From Lingula anatina (lineage: Eukaryota > Animalia > Brachiopoda), in contig CM120640.1 in the NCBI GenBank assembly GCA_051362555.1, positions 13,144,001-13,208,000 on the forward strand: a DNA stretch of 64,000 nt. The letters run 5' to 3'. A program made the position numbers and the translations under genes. Of this stretch, positions 24,248 through 36,280 are shown one piece after another. The first letter of the stretch is position 1. Each line of letters starts with the position of its first letter. The notes beneath the pieces are model-generated. The model saw only the letters and a program-made list of their open reading frames with translations, did no database searches and was not told where the DNA came from.

Positions 24248-27200
24248 GTAGCATTCTGGTGTTTCTGCCTGGCTATGTTGAAATTGTTGGTCTACGTGAC
24301 AGGATTATCAATGATGACAAGCATTTTGGGGACAGCAACAGGTTAATGGAACTTTGTTGATATACACATTGATATTGATGCATATTACGTGAAGTAGTTT
24401 TCAATGTAAAATTATAGTTTTAAGTGAGACTATCTCTACTTCTCTTTACTAAGTGATATGTTTGCAGTGCTTATACAAGTAGGGAAATGTTATACAAGAA
24501 AGATATTTTGTATATTTCCATCCTTCTTTCCATCTATTTTTCTGAAAAAAAAAAGCATTATATGTCTTTACCTTGATATGTATATAAACATATTTGTGGG
24601 TTCATGTTATGTTTTATACAGACACTATGCATACCTTATACTTTTATTTTTAGGTACATTTTGTTCATGCTTCACTCAGCTATGCAGACCACAGATCAGA
24701 AGAAAGTGTTCAAGAGGCCCCCAGCAGGGGTTAGGAAGATTGTGAGTAGACTCGTTGAAAAGAAGTTTGATTCCTGTTCGTTACAACTCATCTACTAGTT
24801 TCCCATGTTACTGAGACTGTTTAATAGTTATGATATTGTGCTGTATGTGATGATGTATTAGTTCTGTTCTGTGCTCTTATGTTCCAGATCCTGGCTACCA
24901 ACATAGCAGAGACCAGTTTGACCATTGATGATGTTGTCTTTGTTATCGATTCTGGGAAAGTTAAGGAGGTAAGACACTAAAATATTTTGAGGAACACACA
25001 TTGCATGTTGCTTTAAATATAATTTGTATTATTTTTTACATTAAATGTCATCATGTTACAATTGGTGTATGGAAATGTAGTCTTATGTTGAATCATGACT
25101 ATTGCAGAAATCATTTGATGCCCTGACATCAGTGTCCATGTTGAAGTGTCACTGGATCTCCAAGGCTAGTGCACTGCAGAGGAAAGGAAGGTGAGAACTT
25201 TGCACATGGCAGAGAATATCTGAGAATTCCTGAATTTAGTCTTTTGTTTGAAGTAGACTCACAGATGGCAAAAAGGAAAAGAAATAAATAAAAAAAGAAG
25301 AAAAAAACATCCATGTAAATGCAGTGAAATGTACGTAAATAATCATGATATAAGGGTTTATTTACAGAAAGATTTTTGAACTTATAAAAGCCACCTCTTC
25401 TTGCTGATTGTGCTCATTTATTACACTTAATTCTTATTAAGACTTGTTTTTTAAAGTCCGCAATATATTCAACAATATAAAAATAATTTCAGTCTTTTTT
25501 ATGCTTAGTCATAGTAGTGACAATATGCATTTTTCTCTCTCCAGAGCTGGTCGCTGCCGTGCTGGCACATGCTATCACCTGTTTAGTAGAATACGTTACA
25601 ACAACATGCAGGAGTTCCAGCTGCCAGAAATACTACGGTTTCCACTTGAGGTAAGTGCTGGGTTTTTCTTGAACATGCTGCCGTCTTCCTGGTACACTTT
25701 TTCAAAAAAAAAATCCAAAATGTTAATGCTTTCTTGATAATATCAGTCCTGGATAAAGCAACTAATTTTTTGGTTGATAGCCAGACCATCAATTCTATCA
25801 TTTTGCATGGTCAATAATGTTCATGCTTTTGCTGGTTATTTAGTGTGTTGTTATTTGCTATTATGTATTGAATAAATAATTAAACCCGTTTATACCAGGA
25901 ACTATGCCTGCATACCAAACTGCTGACCCCTGTCAATATCCCGATAGCTGACTTCCTGGCTAAGGCTCCAGAGCCCCCTGCCTACCTGACCACCATGAAT
26001 GCTGTGCAGCTGCTGCAGGTGAGGCATGGGAGAATGGCTTACATCTTTTCACAGAACTCTGCTGTTATAACTGCAAAATGTGTACATTGTGCTCCTGGGT
26101 AATTTTCAGGTCTTGATAAGTTAATATGTATGCGCATTCACCGCATCACAATCCTACATAATATTAATCGTTTTGTGATATGAAAATGTCAAATTCAAAG
26201 AGATGATTTTATTTCTGTATACTTTTTAAAAAGGCAATCAATTTTTTTTACGAAACAAACCCCCATTATTCTCCAGAAAATTGATGCCCTGGACCAGTGG
26301 GAGGACCTGACAGAGCTTGGCCACCACTTGTCTGATCTCCCAGTAGAGCCCAAATATGGCAAGATGGTCCTGTTCTCAGTGGTCCTCAAGTGTCTGGATC
26401 CTATCCTCACTGTTGCCTGTGCTCTGGCCTACAAGGACCCATGTAAGTTTGGCAGGAAAGTATGTTCTTCTCCAAACATTGAGGCAGAAAACTGAAGCTG
26501 AATTGAATTGCTGTTGAATCAGCTTGTAATAGTCTTAATAACTCTTATACTTTGTGTCATTTTGGCTCAATTTTTTAAATCAGGTGTGTTGTGGGTTTTA
26601 GGCCTTGTAAGTTTTACTGAAGCAATTAAGAAATAAATTGTTTTATCGTCAATTTATTTAATCCTGTCTGAATAAAACCTGTAAAGTCCTGAGAAGTAAT
26701 TGCTTGTATTTGATTGTTTTTTTTTTCTGCCAGTTCTCCTGCCATCCCAGCCATATCAGAAGCGGTCTTTAGCCATGATAAGAAAAACCTTTGCCTCTGG
26801 TACATTCAGTGACCACATGACATTACTGAGAGCATTCCAGGCTTGGCAGAAGGCAAGGGCAGACGGCTGGGAGAAATCTTTTTGTGAAAGAAACTATCTG
26901 TCTGCAGCCACTATGGAAATGATTGTGGGAATGAGGTAGTTATTCTTGTTCTTATATTATCACTGTTGGATAGAAATGGACAAATTTTATAATTAGTTGG
27001 TTTGACTTTTGGTTGTATTAATATGCAGGTTAAATACAGTAGATTGGCTCTTAGGTGAAAACTGTGAATGTCAATTACAGAACACAACTACTTGGTCAGC
27101 TGCGAGCTTCAGGGTTTGTTCGAGCACGTGGGGGAGGTGACATACGTGACCTGAACGCTAATTCAGAGAACTGGGCAGTGGTCAAAGCTGCCCTCTGTGC

Positions 27201-30200
27201 TGGGCTTTATCCCAACTTGATACAAGTAAACAGAACAAAGAACCAGCTGATGTCACAGTAAGTATAAGACTTGATCTTGCCTGTATTATACTAGATGTTT
27301 TCAGGGCCACACTTCACTTAACGGCTTCAGAATTTACTCTTGTGAAGATGTCTTCCATTGTATAATATATTTTAAGTGTACAACATATATTGCAACATAC
27401 AGTCATGCAAATGGAAAGACATAACATTCCCAATATAAATGCACATTTTCCCCTTGAATGATTATCCTTTTCACATCCAGATCAGAGGACAACATCAAAT
27501 TTCACAACCTGTCAGTCTGTAGTCCGGCACCCACCAGTGCCACAGTCTTCTCCAGCAGTCATAAACAAACAGTGAAGAGCCTGCCCACCAACTGGCTCAT
27601 CTATGATGAGATGACACGGGCACAGAGATTTGCCAGTGTGCGCTGTTGTACAGTGGTGTCACCAATCACAGTGTCTCTCTTTGCTGGACCATCCAAGTTG
27701 CCTCCTGAAGTGGTCAAGGAGGCTGAGGGCAATTTACAAGGTGGGTGCTCCGTACTTTTACTGTTGTTTGTTATTCTAGTTAGTAAAAACCAGAGTTGAA
27801 TGAAAACATACAGTGAATATATATTTGGAAAAGTGTATAATGAAATACTGAGAAGAGAAGCATATGTTAAAACCAACATAGTTATTTTCTGCACTACTAG
27901 TGGCAACATTTTGATAATGCAAAGCAGTGAGGGATAGAAGTACTGTATTTCAGAGCTAGTCCAGGGTAATGGTTACCATGAAGAAAACAGTGACAGTGAA
28001 ACAGAAGACAAGGAGGACAATAAGAGGTGTTCACTACAGCTGGATGACTGGGTGGGCTTCAAGTTAGAACCTGAGGTAGGCTAGCTGGGCTATATGCCAT
28101 GCTTTGAAGAAACAAGTTGGGGCTATGTATTATCTATGTTTGATTCCTCCTTTGTTTATGTACATTATACATGTCTTACGAAAATATTCACCTTTATTGT
28201 GACTAAATTGTTTGAATGCTGTACTGGCGGGAAAACAATTATTTAATACAACTGCAGATATTCATTTCAAGTATTTTGATTATTAGATTTGAAAGCAATG
28301 CCGTAAATGTTTCCATAATTATTCTAGGTTGCCAATCTTACTCTGCAACTGAGACAAAAGTGGCATTCCCTACTTCTTCGCAGAATGCGTTCACCCTCTA
28401 AACCTTGGTCACAAGTTGATGAGGTATAGTAATTGTCTTAGTAGTCTTAGTCTGATTTTTTTAGAAACATGCCTTTTTATGTTGATCAGTTATAGGCTGG
28501 ATCAAAAGAAAGACCTTGTGTTTCACAGGAGTTTTCTCAGGCCTTTTCAAAGCTTTTTTAATGTACATATTTGGGAAGTGATAGTCTTTAATATTTGGTA
28601 GAAGCAGAACTATTGTGTTTATTTATTTTTCCAGAGTATCTTGCGCACTCTAACCCATGTTATCACCAGTGAAGAGCAGGCCCTGGGACTGCAACAGCCA
28701 GCTGGTATAGGCCAAAGACCAAGACCTATGTGTAATTATATCATCTATTTTTATAGCTAGATAAATGATAGATAAACCTCATACCTACCAATATTGAGAC
28801 AACCAGATTTTGCTTTTCTCCGTTCTTCTCTGTCAAGTGAAATAACTTTTTTTGTAAGAATTATAGCTTTTATATAGATGACAGGTTTTTTTAAAGATGA
28901 CCAAGTCTTTATTAAATAAAAGTTTGTTATTTAAATTTATTCTAAAGCGATGACTTTGACATTTTAGCTGCAGAGAGTTCTATGCATGATGGCAGCAGGA
29001 GAGGATCAGAGCAGTCAGATGACTCTGATGGTAGACAGAGGAGGGAAGATCTTGGGAGACGGAAGAGTAGGATGGTTTTTGTTATACATAAGACATTAGT
29101 GGAGACTTTGTTTTAAATTCTGTAACTGGCTGATTTTTTTTTTTTACTTAAAATTGTGTTATCATTGAAAATGGAAACTTATTTTTGGTTTAAGACTGAA
29201 AGCTCTGTTTCATTTGACTTAGCTAGATGCATGCATAGAAGTGGGCATATAGTTTGATAGCTGATATTGTAAATGTTAAATTTTATTTTTTTAAGTATTT
29301 TATCAGCACTGAATATAAGATTATATCACATATACATGTAGTAAGTTTTGCATAATGCTTTATTCTATCAGGATATGATGATCGGTCAGCAGGGTCATCC
29401 AGAAGTAACAGTGCCCCAGGGTCAGCATCTAGTTCCCTGAAGGGAAGTGCCAGTAACAGTCCTTGTCCTAGTCCCTGCAATCTCCCCCAGCAGCCAAACT
29501 CCCCAGCCAGGACAGGTCAGCCAGTGGCGCCATCTACAGCTGGGAGTGGTGGCTCTGTAGTCTGCTGCTATTTTGTGATCAAATGCAATAATGATAAACA
29601 GCTGGATGCCTCCTTTAACCGTGGGATCTGGGGTCCTCAGATACAGACTGAGAGGAAACTTGTCAAGGCATTCAGGGTATGTGAATTAGAGATGCTTTTT
29701 TAAAGTATCTTGAACTGATAACATGAAATATGGGGTATGGCTCTTGAACTTTTTTTTTCTTCAGAAAGATACTTGCTGGTATGTTATGGTAATAATGTTG
29801 GTTATGTTGTAATAATAACATTTAAAAAACACTTATTTTGCATTGAAAACTTGAGCATACTTAATGTTAACTTTCAGGAGGGCAAGGTGGTTTATCTGAT
29901 CTTCTCAGTTCAAGGCAGCGGCCATTTCCAGGGTTTTGCCAAGATGTTGGCTGAACCTATCAAAGAGAAAGCTCCCGAGTTCAACTACCCAGGGCTTGGT
30001 GGCACTCTTAGCATACAGTGGATTAAAAGGTGGGGATATAAATCTTTTTAAGATGAAAAGTGAAGTTGGACTTATCCATTTGCTCTCCTGATAGAATTTT
30101 TATTTGTACAGATTTCTATCAGATATGGATGCATTCATTTCTAAAACTTGTACAAGATTAACAGGAGCAGAAGGCTTCGTTTTTGAAAAAGATGGCTAAA

Positions 30201-31170
30201 ATTTAAGCCCTATGCCAGTAAGTTCTGTATTTTTTGGGTTTTACAGGGCCAACCTCCCATTCAAAAACACCCATCATTTAACCAACCCTTGGAATGAGAA
30301 CAGAAGAGTACAGATTAGCAGGGATGGACAGGTAAACTACTACAACTATGCCATTCTGTCCATTTCTATGAAATTTCATGATCAGTTTATCAAATTGGAT
30401 TTTAATACATTTTGGAAAACTGTGGAGAAGTTTCAAAAATGTAATACTATAGTGTATGTTAATGGTACTGTGAAATATACGTCCATATTTTATTTATTGG
30501 AAAACATTGCATTTAAACATTTTTGGAACATTTTATGTAAAATGACACTGAATTTCAACCTTAATATTTCAAGGAGATAGAGCCTAGTATAGGGGCCCAG
30601 TTAATACAGCTGTGGGATAAACTTCCCGACTACAAGTTCAAGACCTCCCCTCAGTCAAGATCTAAGCCCTTTCACTCTGGGGACAGTGCAAGACCTGGTT
30701 CCCAGGGGAATTCTCCAGGCAGAAATTACAAATCTGGTGACCATCACCAGCAGCAACAATGGACATCTCCTAGTGGTCAGCATGTGCAAATAAGTGGACA
30801 TTATGGACATCAGGGTGGCTCTCCAGGTGGCTCATACCACGGGCAACCATTTTACAATTCATCAGCAGCCCAGCAGATGGCAGCACAGTTCAACCCCTTG
30901 TATATCAATCCCATGATGAGCCAGGGTTCAGGGGGCGGAGCTGCTGGCTCCCCAGGAGGGGTCATGATCCCAAACCCTCAATCCCCAGGTCAGCATTTTT
31001 CTCCAGTGATGATATTACAAAGAGGGTCTGCACCCCCCAGGGGACAGGGACAGGCGGGACACTCAGGCATGCAGACCCCTCCCCCTGGGTCTCAGCAACA
31101 CCTGCATCAAGGTGTGACCCCTCCCCATGTCAGTATACCATATAGTCAAGGAAACAATGCACCTCATTAA
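24248..31170 (+). CDS. YTHDC2: 3'-5' RNA helicase YTHDC2, 3' portion (RecA2 end, HA2, OB, YTH, C-terminal tail); 5' exons lie outside the window
   Basis: Exons: 24248-24341, 24654-24741, 24888-24968, 25108-25190, 25545-25650, 25899-26018, 26277-26442, 26734-26935, 27081-27257, 27481-27740, 27954-28075, 28328-28423, 28635-28731, 28968-29030 (or -29066), 29372-29676, 29878-30029, 30247-30331, 30574-31170. Splice phases are consistent. Motifs [54 protein letters not shown] and [13 protein letters not shown] match YTHDC2. Confidence 0.97.
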
Positions 31171-33540
31171 GCTGGATTTAAATATTGCATAGGTAAATGT
31201 ATGATGCGAATATGAAATTCCTTTATTGCAAGTGGCCATGTGCACGAGCCGGCCCGCCTGAGGTTCAAGTCCTGTTGAGCAAGACATGCAATTTTACTGA
31301 GATGCAGAGATATAGCATAGTGCAAGATACTAATGTTGGCTGGACATTGAATCAAAAAACTGGTGCAAGGTGTGAAATGATGCAAAATACTGATCATTAT
31401 ACTAGAATGCACACATTTTGGAAAGTACAAGCAACTATTGGGTACTTTTTGAATATATTTCAGGTTTGTAACTGGTTTTGCAAAGCTGCATAAAAATTGC
31501 ATATGAGAATATCAATTACTATTTTACTTCATCTCAGCTTGATGTGATTTCTTATTCTGCTCTGAAAACCCCCCCAATATCTTGCCTGTAATAATATTGA
31601 TGCAGGGATTTTGTGCAGTGTTTCACTTAAAACAGATTTGCAGGAGTGTTGTGATATTGAGTCTGTATGAAGAATAGTATGAAAATATGCTGAATTAATT
31701 TGTCCTAAAATATAGAGTAGGAAATGTTGATTTTTTCTGAATTTTTATACATAAATTGTATCTGTTAGTATACAGCATTCTTTTAACTATTTGATATGAA
31801 TTTATTCATCATACAGTATTTACAGTAACAATTATTTGCTTAAAAAGTTCAAAGTTCTTAAATATAATTCACCTTAATGACCACCTATGTGATAATCAGC
31901 TTAACACCTCTGATACTCTCTGGAAACTCAGTGATATATTTGAATAGTCAAAGACCATTTACAAGTTATTTTACAACTTGTTTTTTTACCAAAAACTTTA
32001 TATGCTGATTGTTCTGAACTTTAACCCCCCCCCCCCCCCCTTGAAATTACTTACATATTTTACTTATTTAGACATTTGAATTTCAATTGGTTTAAAGGAT
32101 TACCATACGTTAAAGTCATTTGACTGAATTTCATGAATAAGTAAAATTAAAATCTAATATAATCAAATATAAGTTATGATTATATATATTTTAAAGAGTA
32201 GTGATAATTATGAATGTTATATTTTTCTGTAAATAAGTTGTACAGCTTGTAAAAAATCCAAAATTTGATATTTCAACTAGTAGTACATAATATGTTTGTA
32301 AAGAGTGATGAAATTAGGTTGCAAATGGCATGTTCAATTTTATTCACACATTCAAATGTTGGCATGCAAAATGATATTTGACTTTTTTAGTCAGAGGAGT
32401 AATCCCTCAATTTGTGACCTTTTACAAAAGAAAACAAGTATGCATTTTTTTCTTGGGTTTGAACTGTCATTGCTGATTTTTACAATTGATAAATCATTGA
32501 AATGTTGTTTGTTGTGTGATAGAATTAATTGTGAAATTGTATTTTATTGATACATCATAATACCCATTTGTTGCATATTTCGTACTGTCTCTGATGTTGC
32601 CCAACTATGTGATTGTTAGCTCTATAGTGTGCCAATGCCTTTATGTATTGTGGTCAAAAAAGTAAATGATATTTGAATGGTAAATTTGAAATTATACCAA
32701 CTTAGTATTTATCTTCTGTAGAATTGAAGTAAATCAACCCCACCTTCATCAGTAATTGTTATGGATTTGCTCCTACACTTATCTGTCATTTTAGTCTGCT
32801 AGTAGAACTGTCTATTGCTGTTGAAAGTAATATGTCCTGCATATTAGAAATCTTCCCATCCTTAAAGATGGTGGAGAGCACTTGAGCATACTGCAGGCCT
32901 TCAAATATAGAAATAGGTTGGCACCTGTTGATGATGCTCTTATTATTATGAAAAATACATTTGTTCACCGTAAGATCTGTATGAGACTGTTAAAATGTCT
33001 GGTTGGAACATACACTGAATTACATACAGTGACTTGTTACTGCTGTGTACTAGTATGTGATATAGTTCAATTATAAGCATATGAGAAGAAATGCACACAA
33101 ACTTTGCCTTCACAGATTTAGTACTAAATATTTTCAAAGGATTTCATGTTAAACAGGTTTGTTTGTTAGGGGTTACTTTGGTATTAATGCAATGTTATTC
33201 AATCATGGTTCTGTGTTGGTTATTTAGTTTTTGAGGAGAAAGTAATAAATTCAGGCATCACATGCCAAAATGTTAATTTTCTTATCTTTTATTTGGCCAC
33301 ATATATACATAACTGACATCTACATATATTATTTCAGCAAAATAAAAACTCTAAAAAGTCTTATTTTGGACGGAATTCTGTTACTGACAAAAATGAAATT
33401 CAATTGGCCTCAGATTCCCTGCATTTTAAGTTCTCAATAATCTCATTTCCTCTGGAATCTTTGACTGGAATGGTTTGCAAAACTGATTCTGGAATGAAGG
33501 GTTAATGCCCAAATGATCGTCTTGAAAGGCTTATTACGTG

Positions 33541-36229
33541 TCATACTTCTTCAGTGCCTTGGATAATCTTTCGTATCCTCTCTGCGTCTATTTTTAATTG
33601 TTCATTGCTGGGATCTATTTTTAGAGCTTCTTCATAGTCCATAAGTCCTGTAAATATGAGATTTAGCATGTGACTTTAATCTGTGTTGGAAGGCGAAAAC
33701 ATTGTTCTTAATTCAATATATGCATCAATGTTCTTTTAAATATATTAAATATATAATATTAAATATAATATATAGTACACCAATGTTCTTTTAAATATAT
33801 TAAATATAATATATAGTAATATATATAATATATATATTAGTATATTTTATGTAAAAGAAAACATGCTTCATAGTATTAGCACTTTACCTTCCACATATAG
33901 CTGTAAGTGACAATAAGCTGTCCCTCGTCTCACATGGGCCTTACACCTGCTGTTGGCATTTTGTGGAACAGGAGGGGTCAGCAGCTCTAGAGCCTTTGTA
34001 GAAATGGGTTTAATAAATTTTATAACATTCCATCCAAATAAATGTGAAAACCACATAGAAAAATAAAGAAAAAATCCAAATGATAAAGTGCAGGTCATCA
34101 ACTTTTTTAATAGAAAAAAGAAATGGTTAATTCATAAGCAATTTAGTTTTTCTTGCGGAAAACCATTTTAAACACCTGGACCTTAAAGATAAAAAGTGCT
34201 TTGTAAGACCTGCTATGAGAAAAAGCTTTCTCACCTTTGTGCAATCTTCTGCACATTTGATCAAATTTCCTAACTTAAGGTGACAAGCTGCTCTGTTGGA
34301 GTATAGTCTGGTGAAAATGTTCAGGAAAAAATGGTAAAAATTAAAGATTCTTGTCTAAAAAATAGTAATACCAATATCTTTGTAGCAAATTGAAGTATAG
34401 CACAATTATCCAATCACTTCTAAAACAACTGGACACTTCTATGCAGAAATAATTGCTATACAAGGATACGAGGGCATCTTGCTGTCTAGTTTAATTCCAT
34501 GACTGAAGGCATTGATGGCTGCATGATAGTTCCCTGCCTTGAAGAATGAACTGGAATAAAAAATAAAGTTTCTATAGTTTATAATTTTTTTTCGTACCTG
34601 AAACTGGTGACTGATAAAGACCCAGATCAATAATCCATTGTAAATTATTCAGGTAATTTAGCAAAAAGTGCCAAAAACCTTGATATGGCTGTTTCTTTCT
34701 GCTCTCTCTCTCTCATGCAGGACAACAGACAACTGGAACCAAAACTTAATTTTAAATTTACAAAATAAAAGAAGTTTTTAAAACTACTTCTGGTACAACA
34801 CACCTTCCTTTATCCCTGAGCCACTGTGGATTTTTTTCCTCTTCTGTCAAATCTTTGTCAAACATTTCTGCTATTCTTCTTGTTTCTGCCTGCTTTCTTA
34901 ACCACTAATATTATAATAAATAAGATAAAAGTAAGAAAAAATATTACCATAGGTGATCTAAAATACAGCAACAAATGAATTAAAAATTTAAAGGGATAAT
35001 AACTCTTCGTATGAGATCTATATTTCACAATAAAAACATTGTGAATAACTCATAGAAATATAATATATTCTGTTTTACCACAAAAACGGCAGTTATAGCT
35101 ATTATTCTGATATCTGAGCTTGTCTTTAGACCACGTGACCTCCATTGATGGCTATACTCTGCTAAAATCTCTTAAGAGATTTTAACAAAAAACCAAACTT
35201 TTTAGAAAAAAACTAGGGACTAACTTTGAATGTAAAAATGGATTCATTAACCATTGGTATGTATGGAAAAATTGTTGTTTACTCCAGGAAAATTCATTTT
35301 TTGGCCGAAACGAAGAGTTATTATTACTTTAAGTAAAATAAGCATGTCCTAAAAACATTTGAATCAAATAAAATAAATGTTAGAATAAATGGAGTTAATA
35401 CTGTACACAGACAAGATAAAATCATATTATATAAGTGTTTTTCAGATTTCATTAAAAATATCATGAGACCATAAACAAAAGAGTTCTTAAAATTTTTCAC
35501 AATTATTCCACCTTAAAAAAAACAAAATGAGTCAAGAGTACAAATGAAGATCGTCTTACAAAGGCACAGAGTTAGCAACGCTGTAAAAGAAGTACCTCAT
35601 CTTCTTGCTCAGCCTGGGACTCCCTGGCTGCAGTTGGGAAGACCCGCTCTGTGAAGGAGACAGAGATGTGACCGGGTTTTCTTACTTCAGATCCTTTTGC
35701 CTCACTTTCAAATATGTTTTTCTTTTTCTCTAAAATTGAACAAAATTGTTTTTAATACAAACTAAATATTTTGTTATCAAATGTGGGTTACGTTAAATAC
35801 TATGTTAGCAACCTATTTGTGTATAATGCAAGAGGTGGTGCACGAATGATAAGGGTCAACTGACCTGGTTCTTCAAGTGAAATGACCACCAATGAGAGCA
35901 AAAAAAGTGACTGACAGCTGCAGAATTAATTCTCATAGCATTTGGTTAGAAGACTATGATTCATCTGGGAATTACTACCTTTCTTTTTCTGTTGCTTCTT
36001 TATTTGTTCTTGCTTTGAATTTTCATCTTCTAATGATTTGACTCTTTGAAATTCTTCTTCTCTCAGCCTGTTTTCCTCCAGTAATCTTATTTTTTCCTTT
36101 AAATTGAGAAATGAAAATTAAACAAGGTGGCATTTGTTCATCAGTATGTTTTTTCAATGATCACCTCTATCTTATTGGTTCCATATAGATCCATCTGATC
36201 TCCAGAAAAGATTTACAAAAAAAAGGTAA

Positions 36230-36280
<51 letters not shown>

